The position numbers and the translations under genes were made by a program. 64,000 nucleotides of DNA from Raillietiella orientalis. Taxonomy: Eukaryota. Of the stretch, positions 48,800-60,749 are shown in pieces. The stretch spans positions 1,488,001-1,552,000 of the forward strand of contig JAYWIR010000037.1 of NCBI GenBank assembly GCA_036172245.1, read 5' to 3'. Under the pieces are notes generated by a model. It was given only the letters and a program-made list of their open reading frames with translations, did no database searches and had not been told where the DNA came from. Position 1 is the first letter of the stretch. Every line of letters starts with the position of its first letter.

Positions 48800-50650
48800 T
48801 CGAAGAACTAAGAAATTGCTTGACCGTTCCAGTGGAACTCTGTGGCTGGATCGCAAAGTTAAGGTCGATGAAGAAACTGGATTCAACTATTATTCATTTA
48901 TTCCGACGTGCTTTTAAAAAGTTCAAGTTGTTGGCTAATCAAGTTTTTCTTTCGTGAACATCCTTTCCAGGCACGGACTCCTTCGAAAGCAGATGTCTGA
49001 GGGCAGGCTGGAATTTCGGAAGGAGAAAGTACCAAAAGACGCATCACAGTCGTCATTTGCGTAATTCCCTTGATACTGATGAATTTGTAGGACGGCAGTA
49101 GGTGCAGACTATCAATGCCATCAATGAAATGCACAAAGATTCCCGTATTTGCGAAACTGAATGATCAGGAATTGGCTGAAACGTGTTTTTAATTTTGTTT
49201 TTTTTTTTTTTTTCTTCTTCCAATGAAAGCACCTATTTTTTGAGTTAGTTCAAAGACACATGACATTTGACTTAGAAACCACACGCCGGCAGCAGCAACA
49301 AGTTGAACTCCGAGAATCAAAATAAACTGACTGAAATGGAAAACGCGGAGTTTAGGTCTGTGGGCTTGCACTTAAGGACAAACTCCCTATTTAGTGGGTA
49401 TTTTCGAAAAGCTAGCTATACTGTTCTGTTTTATACTGAGTGCTTTATTATCAGAAGAATCACAAGGAAATGAACCTACTTTAGTTTGATGACTATATTC
49501 CTAGATTAGAAACGTAGGGTTTAAGAATAAAGGGCTTTGCTGTTCCTTTATTTTCTTTTTCCGATCCAAAGCAGTCATTGGCGAAAAACATTGAAAAACT
49601 TCTGGATTTCAGGGACGGGAGAAGAAATGGTCAACACAATATTCCTTAGAAACATCTCAAAAACACGACCGCACCTCGAGTTACTGATCAGATGGAAATA
49701 GTTACTGATACGATGAAAGATTAACCAAAGATACTCTTGAAATCGTAGGAGCGAAATTATTTTTTGCCAAATCTCTCCATGCACGAATGCCTTTTTGACA
49801 GAGCTGTGGAAATTTCAATGCTGAGACGAAAGCTGTTTATCTTTCCCATCCCAGAACCCAGGTTTCTTTGAGTCTTGAGGAAGCAACACAACACCTCTCA
49901 ACCCGGGTTGGCATCGAAATCGGTAAATCGCAAGCCACTCTGCTCCAGAAAACTGCTTCCTTCTCATCCACCAATTTGCTCCGCAAAGTGTCTATCAGTG
50001 CTGGGAATTAAAATCTTTACTCGCAGCTTCCTGAAGCACATGCGCGACGTTGGTTTTCCTCTCCGATTATCATATTCCCGAACTTTCCTGCTCACTTCAT
50101 TTCCTGCAAGAATGATACTCCTGGTGTTTGAGAATGAAGACTCTTTACTGATGCTTCTAGGAAACTGTTTAATAAAAGTCAGTCATCGCATAATTGTCCC
50201 CTCTATTCATACCAAAAATGCTTTTCCTGAATGGTCTACCCTGGAGATCCATTTCCTAATTTTCTTACTAAGCTAATGAATCATTCGTTTTTGCTCCTTA
50301 GCCTGTTGTTTCCCTTATCTTGGGCTCAAAATCGTGAAATTGTTTTCTGAAGTTTTGAGCATAATATCAGCTGTGTGACATATCTTCTTTCTGTTCCGAG
50401 CACTAATTTCTTCATGCACTTCTACAGCAGCAACTGTCTGTTCTTTTGTCCTCGTTTTCTCGATGTGGAGAATCTCATAATTCAGTGTTTCACGAAAAAG
50501 GGTCCAGTTTCCAAATAATTATTTAAAGTTATGATCTTCTTTTATTTATGGTGGCTTAGCCATTGCAATAAGAGGGAGACATTGTTCATTTGGGTAACAT
50601 TATAATGGAAATTTCTTCGTCTGCATCAATAAACTGATGAGTCATAAATC
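48800..50650 (-). mobile_element. Decayed L1/Tx1-like ORF2 (end of APE to RT)
   Basis: Minus-strand IWKLD (WKLN-like, ~50505), IWQKIISLL (WRPISLL-like, ~49760) and IDGI...KGITQ...LLVL (NG...GIRQG-like, ORF 48898-49134) occur in order. Confidence 0.55.
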
Positions 50651-51888
50651 TTCGATTGCGGACCATATAAAATAAATGCCTCAGTCTCTCGGTTATCAAG
50701 GTCACTCCTTGTCATCTTTTGGAAGGTGCGTTTTGACGCTCTATTGCGACGTAAAGCAAAAAGAGAAGGGCAAACTTTGCAGGCCTTTTCCCTACAGTCT
50801 TAGACTTTGCAGTTCTTCAATTCGACAAAATTTTACTTTTCCAGCTGTAAACGAATTTGCGCACCGTTTTCGACGTGTCAGTGATTTGTTTTCAAAATCT
50901 GATCCTTCTGAGGGGACTTTTGTCTTAGGAAAGGATCATCTGGTCCACTTCGCTTTCCAGTTTCTTTAGTTGGAAACAAACATAACAGTATTCATGAAGA
51001 CAAGTAGCGCGGGAACGTGAAAAGAAAAATCAAGCAAACTGATTTGCGAAAGATTTTCATTTTTAGTGAGAGGCAGTAAACTCCTGATCTTGGAATCCAA
51101 ATGATCCAGGGATTTTCGGGAAAGAAATGCGTGTTTCTGGATCTTGCTAACAGCTATCTAAACTCGGTGACTGACCACTTACAAAGAAAAGTACATCTGT
51201 TCTCCTTCATGATGAGTTTGTTGGATGCATCCTAAATAATTCCTGTTTTATTCAGCTGCATTAAAAAAAAAGGAAAGCGCTTGTTTTTATGTATGCCCTG
51301 ACTTTCCCGGCTTACTCAAAACCGTTTCCCTGGTTACAGTCCGGATTGTAAATCCTCAAGTGAAGCATTCAAAGGGATTCGATGGAGTTCATCTCTTGGC
51401 TGGTCGGCATTTCGGGGCTGATGAACGGAAGACGTCAGGCTCGTTTCGCTGATTCCGATAAACACTTGTATCCCATGTTATCTGATTCTCACCTTGGATC
51501 ATTGGTCCGATCCACTTGTGCTCCTCACACTGAGCTCGCAAACGGCGCTTTGGCAGGCACACGCGTGATCTATTGCTGTCCAAACGTTTCTCACAGACGT
51601 GTGGTCCTTCAGCTGTCGTGTGCTCACTTCGCAAACAGACAGCAGTTCTAAGAATTCTATTTGAGGATCGCTGCTCTTTTCGTATTCGTGTTCCTGCTCG
51701 TATGCTGATCCAAGACCTCGGCGGTTTCTGCTTCAGCACTTGCGTGTTCATGCACTTCTACAGCAGCAACGTGTTACGAGATGTTCACTCATTTAGTCCG
51801 TTTGGCTTTCATACAGCCATTCAGGCGTTTACATTCCCGATTAGAATGGAAATACCTCACAAGCGATTGATCCAGAACAAAACCTTCC

Positions 51889-53740
51889 TTTTTTTTTTTT
51901 TTTTTTTACAAACATATCTTCTTGTAAACGCTACAGCGATCTCAGGATCCTCTCCTATTCGGAAAACATCCAAATTCCTCCGCTCCCAATCCGACTCGAT
52001 GTCTATTGTCTGATTGCCCGCGTCGGAGGCTTTGTTTGTCACCCGGGTGCGCCGGGGCGTTTTTTCATAAACTATCCAGGAACAGGGTTCCTGGACAAAG
52101 GACACAGAAGAAACGAAGGGGGGGATCCCCGACACGCAGGTCGGTAAACCGAAAGTCCGGAACGGGAGGGAGGGGACCACAAATGCACATATAAAAAATA
52201 GAAATAAAGATATGGGGAGGGGAGGGGACAGGGGTCTTTGGTTTGGGCTGTTCCTTTCCTTCAGAACCGGCTATGGATGCCGGTGATCTCGCTCCTAACG
52301 TTCTCTGGAAGATGGGCCCACTCGGCAGCAGACGTGATCTTCTCGTCGGCTATTCCGGTGGCCTGTCGACAAATCGCCTGCTTCTCCAGCTCTCGGTGGG
52401 CCTTGTCGACGTCGCGGGTGCAGCAGACCGTTGCGATGACAGCACCTAAGGCCATGCCGCCTGGCGTGAAGAAGCGGCGCACCAATTCTCTTGCGGTGTC
52501 CCCCTGGTCCTGGAGAGCTGAGGCCAGCCTCCGCCACAGTCCTTGGAGGACACCGCAGTCCAAGAGCAGGTGGGGGAGCGTTTCCACTTTTCCGCACCGT
52601 TTACAGTTCGGGGAGACAACTCCCCCGGAAACACGGTTCGTCCGATGGCTGGAGTGAACACCTCAATGCACCAGCATGATGACGTCCTGCTTCCAAGAAA
52701 GGGGGAACACAGAAGTGTTCAAACAGGAGAGAGGGACCACAAATTCTTCGGGGGGCACACTCAAATGTTCGCTCCACCGAAGGAGTCCCTTGGGGATGAT
52801 GCGAGGCATGGAGGTGTCTGTCAGTTAGCAAGTCCTCCAGCCACCTATGGGTCGGGTTGCTCCTGCGATGTTGCAGGCGACCTCCCACCTCACCGGCAGG
52901 CAGCTGTCATCACTTGCCCCGTCGGAGACTCTGTGGTTGAGGCTTTCGTGCGTGTCACCTTGCGTCACGGGTTCGAATACTCCGGCAGAAACTGAGGCCA
53001 CTGCGTCGTTGGGTTCCGAGTTTCTCCTGCGATGGCGCTGATTGGCCGAAACATTCGGGCGTGGCACCGAGGGTGAATTAAGCTGGAGTCCCTCGATGAA
53101 GGCCGGAACAATGGGAGTCGACCTTCGAGTCCTTCCAGGAATCAAGGAGTGGGGAGTTCCCCCTCCGGTCGTACAACGGAGAGCAAACCCCCCACACCGG
53201 GGGAACCCTTCCGGTTTAAAGATGGAGCAGGAGCCTTTACAGGCACCTCTCTAGTTGTTCAAAGAAGCGGACTCCCCCCTCTGTTGCGGGGGGAGACCCT
53301 CCGAGTCTTCGTCTCTTCACAGAGTGCAAGGAAGCAAACGAGAGCGATTCCCTGCGGGAAGCTGCAGCTCCCCTTCTGAGTTTCGGAAGCATCCCTTCGG
53401 GGTTCTCTTCAGAGGAGTGAACAGGAGCAGTTCCCTTGCGGGTTGCCTCCGGAAAAGAAATTCCTACTAACGGATCCTTTCCGCATTTCCTTCGGAGAAG
53501 TCGAAATGGAGAGCACATTCCCCCCCCCCACATTGGGGGGGAGGTGTGTCGCTCCGAAGAGAATGAAGAAGGAGATTCCCTTCGGGGTTCCCCTTCCGAG
53601 ACAACCAGGAGGGAGGTGAGATCCCTCCGTCCAGGGGGATCCCTCCCCACGCGTGAGAGGAACGGACTCCGAGCCCTTCCTGGACTCGTAGGGCGGACCC
53701 CCATCCAGGGGTGCCCCCTATTTTGATGTCTCACCGCCTC
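51889..53740 (-). other. GC/CpG-rich, low-complexity coding-like segment ending in a minus-strand A19 run, interrupted by the 52 kb family A copy; possibly a retroelement ORF1 fragment
   Basis: Sharp GC rise at 52920-53740 with overlapping R/S/P/G/E-rich ORFs. The frame continues across the TSD (...HESLNHRVSD | SDAGNQTIDIESDWERR...) to T19 at 51889-51907. Confidence 0.35.
52036..52913 (-). mobile_element. Family A young ~0.88 kb copy
   Basis: ORF 52261-52587 is nearly identical to 28420-28746. Imperfect TSD TTGCCCGCGTCGGAGGCTTTGT (52014-52035) versus TTGCCC-CGTCGGAGACTCTGT (52914-52934). Confidence 0.95.
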
Positions 53741-56700
53741 CGCATACTCTTAAGTAAGATTTCGATTAATATGGTTCCAGTAATCAAATTCAAGACATCA
53801 TCTTCGGGTAATTTCCATCTACCGACGAGATAAAGTACATTACCCATGAGATGATGGCAGCATTTTGGCATTCTTATTTATTTTAAAGGAGTTTTTGTGT
53901 CATTCATAGATGAACATGCCGTTTTTTGCTTCAACAGGTGCCGCACTGCATGTTCCGTTTTCGATTTTGCTATTCATCGACTGTATAGCCTGCACGATTT
54001 TCATAAACGAAACCACTTTTTTTCCTTTCTCCAATGCAAAGACCAGAGCCGCTGGCACAACTGGTTGTACGCAGTTGTGTCGGCGGCTCTGGTCTCAATT
54101 AAAATAAGAAATAAATAGAGTGCTCAGGATGTTCTCCATACTGGAAGTAACAAAACGCAAGGCTCCTCAACGCAGCTAATGACCTCTGGTGCCTTACGGT
54201 GTTACAAATGTAAAATTCTCAGAAGCTTCGGAGGAAACTTCGACTGCTTTTTGGAAATTTTCTAGAAATTGCATTATTCGCAGAACTCTGTTCCGTTTTC
54301 CGTGCTAGAGGCCTCCCGAAATCACGAAAAGTCCACTAGCCTCAGGGTTCTCGAGAAATATCAGTTGGAGGCTTGTGTAGATCGAGATGCAATTTGTAGC
54401 AACGTGACAAGTGACCTCTACCTTGAGGTTACTCGCATACATGGTTACCTATAAATACGACCATTTTTGTGTGTAGTATAATTAAATGTGAATAAGAATA
54501 CAAACCAAAATAAATGAACTGTATGGCTCTGCAACGTTTCTCTGTCTGCTCGTGGCGTCTAATTAATTGAAGCCTTTTTAATTATTAACTCTGAAGGCTC
54601 TTCCTTACATAGTTTCACGATATACAAATCGCATTTGCATCTAGTTCATGCTTTATGACTCCTCTACAATTTCATGGCTCATTATACATTAACAAACACT
54701 ATGCATAACCATGGATGTATGCAGTGAGCGGGTCACGTATCCGCAAGTGCTAAATTTCATGCTTGATAATGAGTTGGGTGTATACGTTATGTGTAGATTC
54801 GGGCACATGTGTGAAATCAGCATGGTGAACCCACATGTATGGTATCGTTCTGTATACATATTCGCCCTATGATTCTCACATTCATATTGTTCATTCGCAA
54901 TCTATGAGAACAATGTTGAAGTGGCCACCATCGCAAGACTTGGGAACATGGAGTAAGTTATTCGTCATGACGAAAACATAATGATAGCCGAGTATTTTCA
55001 GAAAATACACAGGATTCTTCGAGAACGTTTTATCGAATCCCTTTCATATCATTACTGCTATAAATTTATAGGTAGTAAATTGTATGTTTCTCTTTCTCTT
55101 TTCTTCATTTTGTTTTTCTTATTGTTCGGTGATTCTGCATGAAAGCCATGGGAGATAAGGGAAATTTCCTTCATCTGGCAAAGAGGCTTGCAAGGATGTT
55201 CTTTAGAGAAGTGTGATTTTCACGAGGTATCTTCGAGAACCGTGTATGGAGATTCATGAGAACATTGCGAAGGAATGCAATGAAACGCAGTGCAGTCTGT
55301 TGCTAGGAAACCCCAAATGTTTCAAGGAAGAAAAGAAGCTTTTGAAATGGAACATGAGCCTCTAGCCAAAGTTAAAAAGCACTGCTCTATTTAAACGATC
55401 CGCAAGAATTTCAGAATACCTAAAAGATAACTTTGTTGCTAAATGCTTACCCATTTCTACCTTTGAGAATTCTTCTACCAAATGCTTATCAAGCAGAAGA
55501 AAATGAAGAGCAGGTTCAAGAGCTTTGCTGACCTTTAAGAGTACAGTCTACGACATCTCGAAATCATATTGACTGCATTCACTTTTGTGTAACTGAAATT
55601 TCCCATCAGTGGATTACATATGCTTATGCTCATGTGCTGATTGGAATCTGCATACACACGTTGCCTTAGAAAAACAGCTGAACACATATTAGTAAGAATA
55701 AATCGAGCAATCGGTCCGTCACTGTGTGTAGACAACCAAATATGGTGAATCGAAATGTCCCTTTCCGTGTCCAGGGGAAAAAAAAAAGAACGTCTACGCT
55801 GCAGAGACGGCAGAAATTCTTCCATCAGCATGTGCTTTAAAAGCTGACTGTGAATAAACACGCCTGTGTCCACTTCAGTAGGAATTTCTACACTGATGTG
55901 CTTTCTGTGATTTCGAAGAATTTGGAAACTTCGTGCGCCTGGTCATACACTTTGTGCATTCAGTGTACCTATGTGTCTGATGTGTGTTCAGTTTCATCCA
56001 ATGAGCGCTCACTATCAGTGAAATAAATGACGCTAAAGGGAGCTGATTTTTGCTATCAGATCTGACATATTCGAGGGGGAAACATGGATTCGTTCATTGT
56101 GGCAGTATTTATTTAATACAGCGACTATTGAAAGCTTCGTTCTGCAGTCTCCGCAACGCTCTCTCCTCTTCCTCATGATCGCTTTGGAGAATGATCGTCT
56201 TACAAAGGTTTCAACAGGTTATGCAGTGGTTGTACTGCGTGGACAAAACTGGCAAATTTCTGAGCAAAAATCGCCAACTTTTGTTTTGGAGCCTGCAGAT
56301 GAAACATTTGCCCAAAACATCCACGTCGTGAATTAAAACCAGAGTTTGTGACTTCTAACGCTGACTTTGTAAAACAGTACCCACTTGAAAAACGCAGCTT
56401 CCGTATATAAGTTCTGATCTGTCCAAAGAAAGAACTGATCCAGAGGTTATTAGAGCATTTATAGTAGCGGCGAAAATTTTCAAAGCTGGAAACCTAAAGC
56501 TGATTTCGAACATCACCGTACCCTCTTCACAAGTTCGCAAACTCGTATATTGTGAGTATTAATGAAATTTGTGAATCTAACCTATAGGTGAGGCTTTCAG
56601 TAGGTCTTGTTGATGAGAAATCCTAAAAGCTGAGTGAAGCTGGAGTTGTTGCCCAGGAAAATGATGCAGAAGATCTCCCGAAAACGACGTAAACAAGACC

Positions 56701-56807
56701 TTGCTCTTGGAGCATTGTGACGTGTATCGAAGAGATGGACTTCGTTGTGAGTAGAATACGTGAGAAACTATGCAAAACTTAGAGACATTTAGAGTTTTTC
56801 TCCATCT

Positions 56808-57650
56808 GCTGTCACCAGGGTGCTTATTGAAAAAACAAAATAAACAAACAATAAACAATTTTGAGACGCGACTCCCGAAACCAAAACAAGGGAAGTTCAA
56901 GAGCAGACCTCAGCGACACGCATGTCGGCTACTGATTAAGTCCAAAGCGGGAAGGATGGGGTTGATAAATACATAAATAACGGGAAGGTAGGAACCGAGG
57001 TCTTTAATGAGAGACGCTCTGTCTGGATCAGCACCTCTGAAGAATGATGGCTATCTCCTGCTTAACATCCTCCTGCAGGAGAGGACACCTCTTAGCCGTT
57101 CTCATGTGGGCAACCGCTTTGCGTCGCTTCGCTGCGTCCGAGACTCCAGAACCTGGCAGACTGTGGCGATGGAGAGGATGCAACACATCGCTGCAATGAA
57201 GGCGCCTACAGAGAGTCCACGGTGCTCCAAAAATCGCCGCGTCAGATCCTTGATCAGGATCCTCCAGAGTGCGGAAGAAAGCCTCCTCCACAGTTCCTGG
57301 TGCTCACTGCAGTCCAACAATAGGTAGGGATACGATTCTATCATCTCGCATCTTAAATAGTTTACGAATAGAACTCTCTTAGAAACCAGGTTTCCACGCT
57401 GGTTGTATTGAAGATCACAATGCAGAGACAGCAGGAAGTGCTGTTTCCGCCTCAAGGGGAACACAAAAGTATCATCTCTAAAGTAGAACACTTTCTGCTT
57501 CCAGGAATTCCAGTTCACTGGAAAGCAGAAGAGGTTTCAGAAGCAAGGTCAGTTTCCTCAGCAGAAAGCCAAATCCCCGCATTCCGTTTCGGTAGCGCTG
57601 CTGCAGCGATGATTGTCTTCCGGTGCTGGCTCAGCGCCGAAGGATGATGC
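56808..57650 (-). mobile_element. Family A older copy (C-terminus plus 3' UTR)
   Basis: IESYPYLLLDCSEHQELWRRLSSAL...TRRFL (ORF 57102-57518). Terminus AATAAGCACCCTGGTGACAGCA on the minus strand. Confidence 0.85.
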
Positions 57651-58837
57651 ACGTCGGCACGCACTATAGGTAAGTCCACAATTTAATACAGGGTGCCAGC
57701 TGTAGGAACTGGACCGACAGCCTGATCTTTTCCAGTGTCAGAATGCCCAAGCCACAATCCTGATGAGGCGCTACCAAGTCCTAATGGCGGATCTAGAACC
57801 TTGCAGCTCCCCACAGGATTTTCTTCAGATGACGCGGTGCCTGGATCATTGCCAAATCGGAGTAGGAAAAGGTGGCGCCAGACAAACAGAAATCAAAACA
57901 AAAAACTCACAAGTTGAGAACTAATGGAAGAATGAGAACTAAAACTCTTTCCAGAAAGCAAAGAGTAGCACTTCTTTCAATGTTTCTCACAAGAAAACCT
58001 ACTCGCACTTCGATCTCAGTCAACTGAGATCGATCTGTCACTTTTGCAGACCACCCGAAATAGAATGATGGTTTCTATGATCAGCTCCTGACCGCATAGC
58101 AGTATCTAAAATTTTCTCCGTGTGCAACGCATGTGGACAGCTTTGGAACGCCGTTTTTCCCGCAACCAATGAAGAGACAAACAGGAATCTCTTTCTGAGG
58201 AAAATGAATGTGGGAAAATTCCAAAACTCACCACGCTTTGGGGCTCGAAGCTTACTCATGCTTAGCTGCGCTTCAGGAAAGAGTTGATTCTGCATCTTCA
58301 GCTGCCCTTCTCGAAGCCATTTTTTTTCTATCAGCATCGGATGACCAGCCTCGTTCTTTCCATAGTTCAGGAAATACTAACGTTAGCCAGTAATTTTTTT
58401 TAAGTTGAGAATCTCACTAGCAATCGCTTCGCTCCCCCGCTAAGCATTCTGGGGAGCTACAACGTAAAATTTTCTGAATGCTTGCCCTCAGAGGCTTAAC
58501 TGATCGGAGGAGCTAAGCTTCTCACGCAGGACTTGATGATGCGCCTGAAAGGAAGACAAGCTGCTCACAAACTCTTCATGCCAAGTACGAAGTTTGCGAA
58601 GCAAACCAGCAGTCTTTTCTCTACTGGCTGCAGCTGCTTCACTTCGAAAGCTTTGGAAAGCATGACAAGGATCAAGTTTGACAAGGTTTTCCACTATTTC
58701 CACCATCTCTTTACTGTGAAGATCCTTTTTTTGGACGATTCACTGTGATATTCTAAATTCAGAGTGGTTCTGGAAATCCTGGACCTTCGGGTTGGAACTC
58801 GTGGCTAAAGTTAGATCATGATTCTTGCACGAGAATC

Positions 58838-59740
58838 TTCCACTTAAGGACGCCGGGACATTTATTTATGAAAAATAAATGGAGAAATCGGGAAGGCTGC
58901 TCCCGAAGTAATAAAAGCATCAAGAAGAAACCAAAAAATTTCAAGAGTAGAGTGCACTGCCATGCAGGTCGAGATTTCTAAAAGTCCAGAACAGGAATTC
59001 ACAGTTAAGAGGGAGTCTGGAACGGAAATTGACTTTTCCAGGAGGAAAGGGACAAGAAGTAAATAAATAAAGAAAAGTTAAGGGTTTGGACAGGGGTCAC
59101 CGGTGTTGGCTGTTCCTTTTTTTAAAAACCGATGCTGGGTGCCAACGATCTTCTTGACTTCTTCTAGGTAAGGCCACCTAGCAGCCGTTCTCATGTAGAT
59201 GGGTTGCCGTTGAAGTGACCTTCCTTCACTATGCCCAAAACTCCAACAAATGGCCGGCCGTTGCCTTGGTGCAGATGAACCATATGATTGCAATCATGGC
59301 TCCTAGCGTGACCCCACCTCTCGCGAAGAATCGCCGCAGCAGGTTCTTAGCAGTGTCATCAGTGTGCAGGAGTACTGAAGCTAGACTTCACCAAAGTTAC
59401 TAGAGGAAACTGCAGTCCAAGAATAGGTGCGGAAACGACTCAAGCAGTTTGGGGATGCAGCTCCCCTGGAAACCAGATTCTTACACTGGTTGCATTATGG
59501 ATCCTAGTGGGAAGTGCTGTTTCCACTTCAAGGGGAACACGAAAGTGTACACGAACAGAAAAGGGACAACGAGTTCTTTGGAGCTCGCTCCACCGAAGCA
59601 GTCTCTTCTCCCGACGACGTGGAGTCAAGGTGTCCACCAGCTTGCTCGGCTTACAGCCGCTCGGGAGTTTGCTTCTTCCTGCAATGGTGCAAGATTCCAC
59701 GAAAAGATGGTTCTTTTTCGTTTAGCTTAGCAGACATTCC
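58838..59740 (-). mobile_element. Family A older copy (C-terminus plus 3' UTR)
   Basis: Colinear with 52200-52880 (GCTGTTCCTTT, GAAGAATCGCCGCA, TGCAGTCCAAGA, GGGGAACAC, GCTCCACCGAAG). Terminus AATAAATGTCCCGGCG on the minus strand. Confidence 0.85.
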
Positions 59741-60079
59741 AGGCAATCCAGTGTAGTGAAGGGAAGCCAACACGCGCAGTTTTTTGTTGGCTTCTGGCGA
59801 CAATTTTTGCACCTCAGTTGACACATTGCCCGAGGTTTCTAACTGTCTTATCCTTACCTGCTAAGGAATTATTGGGCCCACTCTAAGGCCCATCTTTGAG
59901 AATCTTTGAGCCCGAAGAGCTCCATAATTCTCTTCAACACGCAGAAATACGGTGGTACTCTTTCTCCACCAGGAACTCGCGCGCCAGTGGAGCCGTCACC
60001 ACAGCAAATGGTAAGTAAGATCTCTCTGATCTGATCTGATCTGTGATCTAGGATGGGTGCACAGGAGATGAATGCTTGC

Positions 60080-60590
60080 CGAAGTTATACTTGAATGACG
60101 ACCTCTGTTCCGGCCGCGAGCACATCACAAAAAGGCTTTCCCACCCGAACGATATTCCAAAAGAACTTGTGCGGCCCTTACTTGTCCAGAAAGAAAATTA
60201 GGTAAACTACTTAGTCACGGACCTGTGCTACACTCACGGCATCGCTGCATCTCTTCTCGTCAAGCAGATCAGCCAACAGTGCCCCTCTCCTACCCGTCTT
60301 TATGGCATGGAGAGCGAAAAGGTAACCTCAGCTGACTCTAACAGAACTCGCATTTCAAGAGGACTGAACATTAGAAAGACGGGAGACCAGGGATCTGTTC
60401 TCCTTCCTTCTTAACACTGCTTGCTTGTTTTTTGCTCATTTGTTGTTTTCTACTCCTTGTTATGCAAGTTCTCCTCCTCTGGATCAAGTGCGCAACTGTT
60501 GGCGCATTCTTTCGTTCTAATTCAACATGCACCCAGCACCTGTTTGTCTATTTATGATAAATAAACATCCTGGAGTGACCTTATCATCCC
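60080..60590 (+). mobile_element. Family A very old 3' fragment
   Basis: GATATTCCAAAAGAACTTGTGCGG resembles GACACCGCAAGAGACTTGGTGCGC (DTARDLVR). A pyrimidine-rich UTR and AATAAACATCCTGG lie at ~60560. Confidence 0.5.
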
Positions 60591-60749
60591 GCTTGGCTCG
60601 TGCATTTGTTTAAAACAAATGGTTGAAATTTGTAAATGTCAGGGATATCAGAGAAGAATGAGGGTAGGGCCCTTGTACTGCCTCCATAACCTTTTCCCCA
60701 TTGACTTCGGTAACAGCCAAGAATTCTTTTGCTGAGGAATCATCTCGCG

